A stretch of 20,000 nt of DNA from Reclinomonas americana ATCC 50394 (lineage: Eukaryota): assembly GCA_048213135.1 (NCBI GenBank), contig PS015195.1, forward strand, positions 93,917 to 113,916, read 5' to 3'. The notes beneath the pieces were generated by a model that saw only the letters and a program-made list of their open reading frames with translations, had not been told where the DNA came from and did not search any database. The stretch's first letter is position 1; each line of letters starts with the position of its first letter. This document shows, piece by piece, positions 10,487-20,000 of this stretch. Both the position numbers and the translations under genes were made by a program.

Positions 10487-12185
10487 ATGGGTGTCGAAGC
10501 AAGCAGCAGTTGCGCCTCTCCCACTTCCTTCCTCCGCTCGTACCTCCTCCCTGCTCACCCTGTCGCCCTCCTCAGTGACCTTTTCCGGCGGTGTGCGTGC
10601 CACTCCGCCTCTGACTGGCGACAACACACTCGGCCCCTCCACTGGAGGCCTCGTCAGTGGCATGGGCATGCTGGAGCCACAACCAAGCACTCTGCCGTGC
10701 CGCATGGGCGAGCTCGGGTGCGAGTGGTCGGGCATGAATGAGACGGAGGTGCGTTTGACAAAGGCACGCGTGCTCCCCCGTTCCAGTATGTGCGATTGAC
10801 ACCTCCCTCTCTCTCTCCCCCGCTGCGACTATAGCTTGGTGCCCATGAGAAGACGTGCGCGTATGTTCGTGCGGAGCGCCATTTTGAGCGACTTGTACGA
10901 CAGGTGTGTTTGTCGCGATCGGACCTCCGTTTCTCCTCCTCCTCGTTTCCCCTCTCATTTCGTGCTATGCAGTTGTACCAGTGTGAGACCACGATCGAGG
11001 AACTGCGCGGAGCACTGGCCTCACAAACGCGAGAGGTAGGGCAAAGCAAGGGCCATGAGTGTGTGTGTTTTGTTTTTAGTGCGTGTATGTGTGTGCGGAC
11101 TCACCTCATGCACAGCCAAGCTCATCAGTCCAGCCCGCTCACATTGTGCTCACAGCCGCGGATGCCTAGAGTTATCTCTCGCTGTGTGTGTATTATGCCA
11201 CGGGGATTGCATCTTTTTTCGTCGCCCATCACCAACGTGGTTCTCATTGAGTGCTGTGCCCCCCCTTTCTCTCTCTCCCCCCTCCTCTCGTTTCCCTCTG
11301 TGCCATGTGCGTGTGCCGCTCTGTTGCACGACGCATGCAGCTTCACGTTCTGCGACGATTGGCCAAGGAGCAAGATCGCCGTTCGGATCAACTCGAGCAG
11401 CAGCTGGGTGACTTGCAGCAGACGGTGTGCGAGTTGACGTCGGCTGCCGCGGCGACGAATGCTGCGCCCGGCGCCACCACCACCACCGCCGCCGAGCCAC
11501 ACTGCTGCAGTGGCGGCTCGTGCCACGCACACGTGCACGACCACGAGCACGTGCAACCACTCGTCGCCTCTGCATCGCCGGCAATCGCCAGTCGCGTTGA
11601 GTACCAGCTGCCGCTGGCGCCACCACCTGTGCAGCCGGCGTACGTGTCGCCACCAGTGGCACGGGCCGCTCCCCGTCGCTCGCGCGTGACGGTGGACACG
11701 GAGAGCACCACCGACATTATGGCGGCCTTCAACGGCGACTCGTCACCCATTTCCGCATCATCGGCACCGGCCTCAGGCTCCGGCTCGCCGACCAGCATTT
11801 TGGTTCTCGGCTCCCCACTGCCGTCGCCGTTCGGCTCCCCCAGCTCGTCCCCCGGCTCCTCCCCAACTTCGGCAGCACAGGCCGCCCGGACACCCTTCGT
11901 GTGCCGCAAGTGTCACGAGACCATTGACGGTCGCACACCACCCGGTCCGTGCCGCTTCCACCCCGGAGCACAGCTGAAGAATGTTGCGCGTCGATTGCGA
12001 TTTGGATGAAGGTCTCTCCATATATGTGCGCTCACTCCTTCTCTTTTGCACGGATGCAGTACGGACCACCGTACTGGCAGTGCTGCGGACAGGGTGTGGA
12101 CTCGCCGGGCTGCCGCGCCATGGAGCAGCATGCGCCGCCACGGCAACCCTCGAACCGACCGCGCACGGTGCGCATCGGTCAGTGA
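10487..12185 (+). CDS. Hypothetical protein (~364 aa): TRAF/SIAH-like Zn finger, coiled coil, Ser/Pro-rich linker, CHORD/BTK-like Cys-His domain
   Basis: Exons 10487-10508 (tentative), 10576-10748, 10835-10903, 10973-11035, 11341-11982 and 12060-12185, all GT-AG and in phase. Spliced motifs PCRMGELGCEWSGMNETELGAHEKTCAY and CRKC-x12-CRFHPG-x9-YWQCCG-x6-GC-x5-H. Confidence 0.7.
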
Positions 12186-12433
12186 GGATGATCCCGGTGT
12201 GTGTGTGTGTGGAGGGGAGAAAAAGACAGGGAGACAAGGCGGGCGAGACAGAAACCTACGCCGCCTCTTGTTTATGAAAACGGCAATGTAAACTGTAGAT
12301 TGTGTGGTATTGAGAATGTGCGCATCTGCCCGTGTCCGAAGACTGCACCGCATCTTTTCAATCTCTCGCTTTCCGCGCGCACAAACCACTCCCCCTCCAC
12401 CGCATCTTTTGCTTCCCTTCCCTTCCCTCCCTC

Positions 12434-14958
12434 ATGTCGACCCCGAAGAAGAGCCCACGCGCCCCGCGCAATGCCGATGCTGCCTCCGGTTCCGCTGGTG
12501 CAGCTCCGGATGCCACCGCCTCACTGCTCGCACAACCCTCCATGGCCTCGCAAGTGAGCACGGCAATGACTGCCGCGCGACTGGAGGCCGCCTTGCGCCC
12601 GGTCATCGCCTTCCGCGATGAGCAGCAGGCGGCCGCCGAGCGCATCATCTTTGAGACCATGCCGCAGAGGGTGGTGGAGCTCACGGAGCTGTTGGTATGT
12701 GGTGCACAGTGTGCGTGTGTGTGTGCGTATGTGTGGAGTGTGACTCATGTGGGGGCAGGCGGAGCGCTTCACCGATGAGACGGGCAAGACGGTGATTGTT
12801 AGCATGGAGGTTTGTTCGAATGTTCGCAAAGAGGAGAGAGGGGGAGGGGAAGGAGAAGGGGGAGGGAGGTAGGGAGCAACGCAGTGATGGTGTCGTCGTT
12901 GATGGTGTGGTTGAACAAGCATGAGCAGGTGGCAGCAGCAGTGATTTCAACACTGTGCACGCTCTCTATCTCTCTCTCTCTCTCCGAGATGTGATGCATT
13001 TCATCCTCTCTCTGTCTGTCTGTGTTTCTGCCTTGTTTATCTGTCTGTCTGTCTACCTGCCTGCCCCTCTCTATCTCTGTCTCGCGCGCTGTCTTTTTTG
13101 TTCATCTCTGTCTGTATTCTGTGTTCGTGTCTGTCTGTTTTGCTCATCTCCCTCCCTTCGCCCTGCACTTCGATGGTCTCTTTATCTGCATGCTGCGTCT
13201 CCTTTTTCTCTATCGCACCCAACCCCATTTACGTTTCAGCCTGGCACTCAATCCACCGTCAGCTTTCGTTCACTCTCTCACACGTCCGCAGTCACTCCTC
13301 CTTCCTTCTCTCCCCTCTCTCTCTTCCCTTTCTCCTTCCTTGCTTGCTGATCCCTTCACCTCCATCTGGAGTCTCACTCACCTCGCGTGCACGCACAGGA
13401 ATCGACCGAGAAGCTGGCGACGAACGAGGTGAAGTGGAGTTCACACCTGCTGCTGCTGCTTCTCCCCACAAAGTACTCACCCTTGTGCGTTCGTGCGCTT
13501 GCAGAAAGTCGTCGAGTTGCTGGAGCTGCTCAAGCGGCACCTTCTCGAGTTTGTGGCCTGCCTGCTGCCCGTCAAGACGTGGATCACGCTCAACATTCCG
13601 CGCATTGGTTTGTTTCCCGGTCGGGAGTCCGCGCCGTCGTCTTCGTCTGTTGCTGACACAGTGCGTGCGTGCAGAGGACGGCAACAACTTTGGTGTCGAG
13701 ATCCAACAGGAGACCGTTGCCGAGCTCAGCGCTGGCGAGGAGAGGTGAGTGGAGGGAGGAAGGGGAAGGGGAGAGGAAGAAGGGAGAGGGAGGGGAAGGA
13801 GGAGGAGGAGGAGGAGGAGATGGAGGAAAAGGAGGAAGAGGAAGGGGAAGGGAAGACGATTTGGAAGGGGACGATGGCGAAGACGGAGCAGGACGTGGAG
13901 GAGAAGGAGGAGCAAGAAAGAGGAGGAGAGGAAGGGGTAAGGGAAGATAAGAAGGGGAAAGGAAGACGATCTGGAATGGGAGGGAAAGGAGGAGCAGGAG
14001 GTGGAGGAAAAGGAGGAGAGAGAGAGGATAAGAAGGGGATGAGAAGACGATTTGAAAGGGGATGATGGCGAAGACAGAGCAGGAGGCAGAGCAGGAGGCG
14101 GAGGAGGAGGAGAGGAAGGAGATGGTGCAGGAGGAGAAGGAGAACAGAAGGGGGAGGAAGGGGGAGAGGAGAGAGGAGCAGGAAGACGTCAATAAGAAGA
14201 GGAAAAGGGAGAAGAAAGGCAACGACGCAGAGGAGGATGGAGAATACGAGCAAAAGGAGGAGGTGGAGGAAAGATGAAAAGCAGAGGAGATGAGGTAGGA
14301 GCTGGCGCAGGAGGAGGAGAAAAGAAGAAGGAAGAGGGAGAGAGAGAGAGGAGAGCGGAGCATGAAAGGGGAGAAGACGACGGCGAGTGTGTGAAGAAGA
14401 AGGACAACAACGCTGAGGAGGATGAGGGGAAGGAAAGTAAGATCAAAAGAAGGAGAAAGAGGAACGGAGAAGGAGGACGAGGAGTGAGAAAAGCAGCAGT
14501 ACTCGAACGAGAAGCGGTGGGCGGAAGAATCTGGCACATACTCACCTCCCGCCTACAGCGCCACCGACCTGATGGCCACCAACACCGGCTACTACCTCGC
14601 ACGCGCCAACATTGTGCGCAAAGTACGCAAGCACCCCGAGATCGAGGACTACCGCCGCGCAGTTGCGAAAAACCACACACACACACACACACACGCACAC
14701 ACACACAATTGTAGCAATGCTGACTCGCTGCCGATCCACAAGGTGTACGAGCTCGACGAGCGACAGTACCAGAACATCCGCTCGGCCATTATCGACCTGC
14801 GCACCGACTACGCAGTTGCGCATACGCTCACACCATCATTGCCACCAAATCACTCGCAGCTCACTCGCGCGACACAGACCATGGTCGACATGATCACGAA
14901 GAACCTGGAGCGCATCCGCACGCCACGCACCAACGCGCACATGGCCACAATGTTCTGA
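12434..14958 (+). CDS. PSME3: Proteasome activator PA28/REG (11S regulator, PSME3-like)
   Basis: Exons 12434-12694, 12759-12791, 13399-13428, 13505-13607, 13675-13744, 14559-14661, 14743-14814 and 14878-14958. Activation loop WITLNIPRIEDGNNFGVEIQQETVAEL, plus YYLARANIVRKVRKHPEIEDYRRAV and DMITKNLERIRTPR. Confidence 0.92.
13750..14520. repeat. Purine-rich low-complexity intron with an internal duplicated block
   Basis: (GGA/GAA)-rich. The block gaagacgatttg(g)aagggga(c/t)gatggcgaagac is repeated at ~13852 and ~14043, with a partial copy at ~13962. Confidence 0.75.
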
Positions 14959-15045
14959 AACACACACAACATAGTGAAATTTACAGAAACGCATTGAAAA
15001 TTGAAAGTGCGGCAATCCAACACACTCTTTACTTCTTTCTCTCAC

Positions 15046-15162
15046 ATGTCCTTGACGCACGCACAACGAGTGACGCGCCTGTACCGCGCCTCGCTGAAGA
15101 ATGCCCTCTCGTGGTGCATCAATCGTGACTTGTTCATGGAGGAGGCCACAAAACTGCGCGCG
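15046..15162 (+). CDS. NDUFB9: NADH dehydrogenase 1 beta subcomplex subunit 9 (B22, LYR family), exon 1
   Basis: MSLTHAQRVTRLYRASLKNALSWCINRDLFMEEATKLRA contains the LYR motif and SW. Donor gtgaga at 15163. Confidence 0.88.
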
Positions 15163-15172
15163 GTGAGAGAGA

Positions 15173-15223
<51 letters not shown>

Positions 15224-15942
15224 GAGAGAGAGAGAGAGAGAGTGTGTGTGTGTAGAGAGAGAGAGAGAGNNNNNNNNNNNNNNNNNNNNNNNNNNNNNNN
15301 NNNNNNNNNNNNNNNNNNNNNNNNNNNNNNNNNNNNNNNNNNNNNNNNNNNNNNNNNNNNNNNNNNNNNNNNNNNNNNNNNNNNNNNNNNNNNNNNNNNN
15401 NNNNNNNNNNNNNNNNNNNNNNNNNNNNNNNNNNNNNNNNNNNNNNNNNNNNNNNNNNNNNNNNNNNNNNNNNNNNNNNNNNNNNNNNNNNNNNNNNNNN
15501 NNNNNNNNNNNNNNNNNNNNNNNNNNNNNNNNNNNNNNNNNNNNNNNNNNNNNNNNNNNNNNNNNNNNNNNNNNNNNNNNNNNNNNNNNNNNNNNNNNNN
15601 NNNNNNNNNNNNNNNNNNNNNNNNNNNNNNNNNNNNNNNNNNNNNNNNNNNNNNNNNNNNNNNNNNNNNNNNNNNNNNNNNNNNNNNNNNNNNNNNNNNN
15701 NNNNNNNNNNNNNNNNNNNNNNNNNNNNNNNNNNNNNNNNNNNNNNNNNNNNNNNNNNNNNNNNNNNNNNNNNNNNNNNNNNNNNNNNNNNNNNNNNNNN
15801 NNNNNNNNNNNNNNNNNNNNNNNNNNNNNNNNNNNNNNNNNNNNNNNNNNNNNNNNNNNNNNNNNNNNNNNNNNNNNNNNNNNNNNNNNNNNNNNNNNNN
15901 NNNNNNNNNNNNNNNNNNNNNNNNNNNNNNNNNNNNNNNNNN

Positions 15943-16007
<65 letters not shown>

Positions 16008-16039
16008 CCTCCCTCCCTCCCTCTCCCTTGCCACGCAAC

Positions 16040-16145
16040 TCTTGTAGAGATCAGGATGCGAGAAATCAATCAACTTGCGCTCTCCATCGGCCAACAGCGC
16101 CGCAGCTGTCGCCGGATCCCGCGCCTTGGCATTCGCACGGAACTC
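16040..16145 (-). CDS. NDUFB9: NDUFB9 exon 2 on an inverted contig
   Basis: tttag|EFRANAKARDPATAAALLADGERKLIDFSHPDLYK-A|gttgcg. Phases match exons 1 and 3. Confidence 0.85.
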
Positions 16146-16557
16146 CTAAAAGAAAGAGAGAAGAGTCAGAGAGAGAGAAAGAGTGTGCGCCATGTCAACC
16201 ATCGACCTCACTCTCTCACTCGCGCACACACACGTGCATGCAGAGTGAGTGAGAGTGAGTGCATGTGCGTACGTAGTGAGAGAGAGAGAGAGCAGAGAGG
16301 AAAGGTGAACAAGACTGTCTCACACGCACACTCTCACACACACACTCTCTCGCCCTCTCACTCTCTCTCTCTCTCTCTCTCACTCACCACACACTCTCTC
16401 TTACACACACACATTCACACACTCTCTTGCTCTCTCACTCTCTCTCTCTCACGTGAGTGACTGCGTGTGAGAGAGACGAGTGCCTCACACACACACTCTG
16501 ACACACACCTTCACTCTCTCTCTCTCTTTCACACACACACACATTCTTCCTTCTTCC

Positions 16558-16606
<49 letters not shown>

Positions 16607-17181
16607 NNNNNNNNNNNNNNNNNNNNNNNNNNNNNNNNNNNNNNNNNNNNNNNNNNNNNNNNNNNNNNNNNNNNNNNNNNNNNNNNNNNNNNNNNNNNNN
16701 NNNNNNNNNNNNNNNNNNNNNNNNNNNNNNNNNNNNNNNNNNNNNNNNNNNNNNNNNNNNNNNNNNNNNNNNNNNNNNNNNNNNNNNNNNNNNNNNNNNN
16801 NNNNNNNNNNNNNNNNNNNNNNNNNNNNNNNNNNNNNNNNNNNNNNNNNNNNNNNNNNNNNNNNNNNNNNNNNNNNNNNNNNNNNNNNNNNNNNNNNNNN
16901 NNNNNNNNNNNNNNNNNNNNNNNNNNNNNNNNNNNNNNNNNNNNNNNNNNNNNNNNNNNNNNNNNNNNNNNNNNNNNNNNNNNNNNNNNNNNNNNNNNNN
17001 NNNNNNNNNNNNNNNNNNNNNNNNNNNNNNNNNNNNNNNNNNNNNNNNNNNNNNNNNNNNNNNNNNNNNNNNNNNNNNNNNNNNNNNNNNNNNNNNNNNN
17101 NNNNNNNNNNNNNNNNNNNNNNNNNNNNNNNNNNNNNNNNNNNNNNNNNNNNNNNNNNNNNNNNNNNNNNNNNNNNNNNNN

Positions 17182-17267
<86 letters not shown>

Positions 17268-17279
17268 AGAGAGAGAAGG

Positions 17280-18350
17280 GACTGCAGGGAGGCGTTGCAT
17301 GCATGCGTGAGTGAGGAGTCTGTTCGTCATGAAGCCTCGCGCATCTGTTCTCTCCTTGAGTGTGCAAGTGAAGGAGTGAGGGAGAGAGTGCACATGTGGT
17401 GCAGCCCAGAGTCTCTGCAGCACCCAGTCTCTTCTCTCCTCGTCTCTCCTTGGCTGTGCAAGTGAAAGGGAGAGGGAGAGAGTGTGCATGCGCTCGCAGC
17501 AGCAGACTGCGGCACCTCGTTGCGTTCACAGAGTCCTCAGTCTCTTCTCTCCTCGTCTCTCCTTGAGTGTGCAAGTGAAAGGGAGAGGGAGAGACAGAGT
17601 CTGTGGCACCTCTTTGGATTCACATAGTCCTCAGTCTCTTCTCTCCTCGTCTCTCCTTGGGGTGCAAGTGAAAGAGAGATGGAGAGCGTGCACATGTGGC
17701 GCAGCAGCAGACTGCGACACCTCGTTGGGTTCACAGAGTCCTCAGTCTCTTCTCTCATTTCCTTGAGTGTGTTGCCGAGAGAGAAGAGAGATGCAGCCCA
17801 GCGAATACGCTCGCAGCAGCAGACTGCGGCGCAGTCTCTTCTCTCCTCGTCTCTCCAGGTGTGCAGGTGAAGCCCAGAGTCTCCACTCGCAGCGAAAGAT
17901 TCGTTGGATTCGCAGAGTCGTCAGTCTCCTTCCTTCTCTCCTTTCCTTGAGTGTGCACCCGAGAGAGAAAGAGAGAGATCAAGAGTGCGCGCTTCAAATT
18001 GTGCAGTCCAGGGTATCCGCCCGCAGCAACAGAGTGGGATTCCCAGTGTGTTTTGCTCTCCTCGTCTCTCCTTGAGTGTTCCTGCATGCGATGCAGGCCA
18101 GGATATCTCGTGCGACCTCTCTGAGGGTTCACAGTGTGTCTTGTGTGTCTGCTCTCTTCCCATGGAGTGTGACGCAGGCAAGGATACCGCCCTCGTTTCA
18201 CACGTCTGTTCTCTCTCGCTATCTTCTCCTTGAGCGTGTGTCTGAGGGATAGAGCATGCGATGCAGGTCACTGTGTTTCTCAGCGAGAGCACGTGACCCT
18301 TCGTTGGAGTTTCTCAGAGCCTCGCACGTCTTTCCGCTCTCCTTGAGAGA
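17280..18350. repeat. Degenerate ~90-115-bp tandem repeat in NDUFB9 intron 2
   Basis: Core cagtctcttctctcctcgtctctccttgagtgtgcaagtgaa recurs at ~17345, 17425, 17538, 17632, 17743, 17832, 17922 and 18055. It alternates with cgcagcagcagactgcg and ttcacagagtcct motifs. Confidence 0.8.
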
Positions 18351-18471
18351 GGTGATTCTGACTCTCTCTCAACAGCTCTTTCGTCTGCTCTATTCTCTCC
18401 TCACCTCTCCCTCCCTTCCCTCCCTCCCACCCTCTCCCTTTGTTGCTCATCATTTGCCGTCCACCCCACAG

Positions 18472-18581
18472 CACCCGAGGCCGTCGGCGGCAGCAAGTAC
18501 ATGCGCAACCCGGTGCCGTACACCGAGGTGGTGCGGAATCACCCCGACCCCTCAGCAGGCGGCGCTCACCACCACCACTAA
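18472..18581 (+). CDS. NDUFB9: NDUFB9 exon 3 (terminal)
   Basis: cacag|(T)PEAVGGSKYMRNPVPYTEVVRNHPDPSAGGAHHHH*. Completes the HPDxYxxPxxxGGSKxxRNP signature of B22. Confidence 0.85.
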
Positions 18582-18667
18582 GCCAAGCCAGCCCCCCCGT
18601 GTGGCGATGCGACAGCGAAAGAAATGCCTCGTATAACGCTGGAATGGAGAGAGGCCTTGTTGTTCAA

Positions 18668-19486
18668 TCACGTCTTGGCCTTTTGATACACGACCTCGGC
18701 CTGCCCCTCGCGCATTGCACACACGCGCGCGGCCATGAACAGGTAGCTGCTCAATCTGCAAACAGCATGAGCGCGCAAGGCCACACTACGACAGGCGCAC
18801 AGACAGACAGACCTATTGAGGTACGCCTGCACCTCCACCTCCACATCACCCTCGCGCACCAACGGCGTCACATGCCGCTCCGCGCGTCGCGCCACTGCTC
18901 GCGCCACATGCAAATACGCGCTGGTGAATCCGCCGCCGGGCAGGATGAAATTCTTCAACGGCGGCACCTCCTCCTCCAACGCATCTGTCCACCTCTCCAC
19001 GAGCTGCGTGTGCTCGCCGCCCCGCGCAAAACACGCGCGCTGCACCTTGTCCGGCGTGCTCCGGGCGCTTCGCAGGGGCGTCGCCACCGCCGAGCCAATG
19101 TCCAGCAGCCGCGATTGAACTTCGACGAGCTGCGGGTGCACGTCGAGGTGGCCTCCGTTGAGACAATGCGCGGCGGCCACACTGATGATGCACAATGAGA
19201 GAGCGCAGGACGCCAAATGGGAGAATCGTCACACGCGCGCGCGTACCCAATGACCGAGTTGAGCTCGTCGACATCGCCCAGTGCCTCAAAGTGCACATCG
19301 TCCTTGCCACGTCGCTCACCGTTGAAGAGACCACTGGTGCCTGCACCACACACACACAAAAAAATGAACTTTTTTTCGCCTGTGGAGAGGATAGCGCGCT
19401 CTCTCACGCGCACCCTTATCGCCTGTGCGCGTGTAACCGACAAAGAAGCGCCGCTGCAAAGGCCGCACAAGACGCAGCATCATCAT
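18668..19486 (-). CDS. MMAB: Mitochondrial cob(I)alamin adenosyltransferase (PduO type)
   Basis: Exons 19486-19414 (MMMLRLVRPLQRRFFVGYTRTGDKG, Arg-rich targeting-like start), 19340-19247 (TSGLFNGERRGKDDVHFEALGDVDELNSVIG), 19181-18813 (FILPGG...LHVARAVARRAER...YLNR) and 18755-18668 (LSSYLFMAAR...*). Confidence 0.93.
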
Positions 19487-19574
19487 CAAAGTGTGAGTTC
19501 ATCGGTGCAATGGATCGCGTGCTTACTTCAATTGGGGTCGTCCATGTGGCGTCGCCTGTCGTTCTTTGGGCACA

Positions 19575-19666
19575 ATGGTGGAGGAGGAGAAGTGCTTCCG
19601 AGCTGGTTGGGTGCGAGTGCGTTTGTGCGGCAGTGGTTCTCGTCGAGTGCGAGGAATGTGGGCAGG
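19575..19666 (+). CDS. Possible first exon of a gene divergent from MMAB
   Basis: ATG...MVEEEKCFRAGWVRVRLCGSGSRRVRGMWA followed by GG|gtgagt and then intron-like GT/GA/CT tracts. No homology recognised. Confidence 0.3.
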
Positions 19667-19893
19667 GTGAGTGTGTGTGTGTGTGAGAGAGAGGGAGGGG
19701 AGGTGAAGGGATGCAGAGAGGGAGTGTTGTGAGGGAGGGAGAATGCGTTGGATGCAGATGCATTTACACAATGTGCATTGTGTTGCATGCACGCTTTCCG
19801 AGTTGCATTCTCACTCTTCTCTCTTTCTTCCTTGTGCGTTGTTGTGCATGCACTCTCTTCTGCCTCTGCCTCTTCATTTTATGCGTTGCATGA

Positions 19894-20000
<107 letters not shown>

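Larger units (their letters stand above)
3117..17181. other. Seven assembly gaps (N runs)
   Basis: 3117-3802, 4366-4545, 4878-5209, 7179-7198, 8988-9618, 15270-15942 and 16607-17181. Most are flanked by microsatellites. Confidence 0.98.

Noticed and set aside
13493-14714. Glu/Lys/Gly-rich ORFs resembling charged proteins
   Set aside because: Purine-rich intron. PA28 homology is continuous across it (AGEE-S-ATDLM).
17280-18350. CRISPR-like repeat/spacer appearance
   Set aside because: Repeats are degenerate, the intervening segments are themselves homologous, the context is a eukaryotic intron, and there are no cas genes.

Overview
Gapped draft scaffold from an intron-rich, microsatellite-rich unicellular eukaryote (possibly amoebozoan-like; weak inference from the PCTAIRE-type CDK5). 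It has seven N-gaps. By hand-splicing I can build seven genes: a 3-exon ~73-aa orphan (+); TCF25/Rqc1 (-); a PCTAIRE-motif CDK5-like kinase (+; catalytic-loop exon missing, probably in a gap); a TRAF-like Zn-finger/coiled-coil/CHORD-BTK-like Zn-finger protein (+); proteasome activator PA28/REG (+); complex I subunit NDUFB9 (+); and cobalamin adenosyltransferase MMAB (-). There are also possible partial genes at both window edges. The main signal is in the splice donors. About 9-10 of 34 inferred introns use a donor shifted by one base, (A/T)|GTT[G/T][A/C]G. Every exon ending in A uses this form, while G-ending exons never use GTTG. Three gap-bounded contigs carrying TCF25 and NDUFB9 exons are inverted relative to their genes, most likely a scaffolding orientation error. 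All gene calls come from motif recall, not from database searches.
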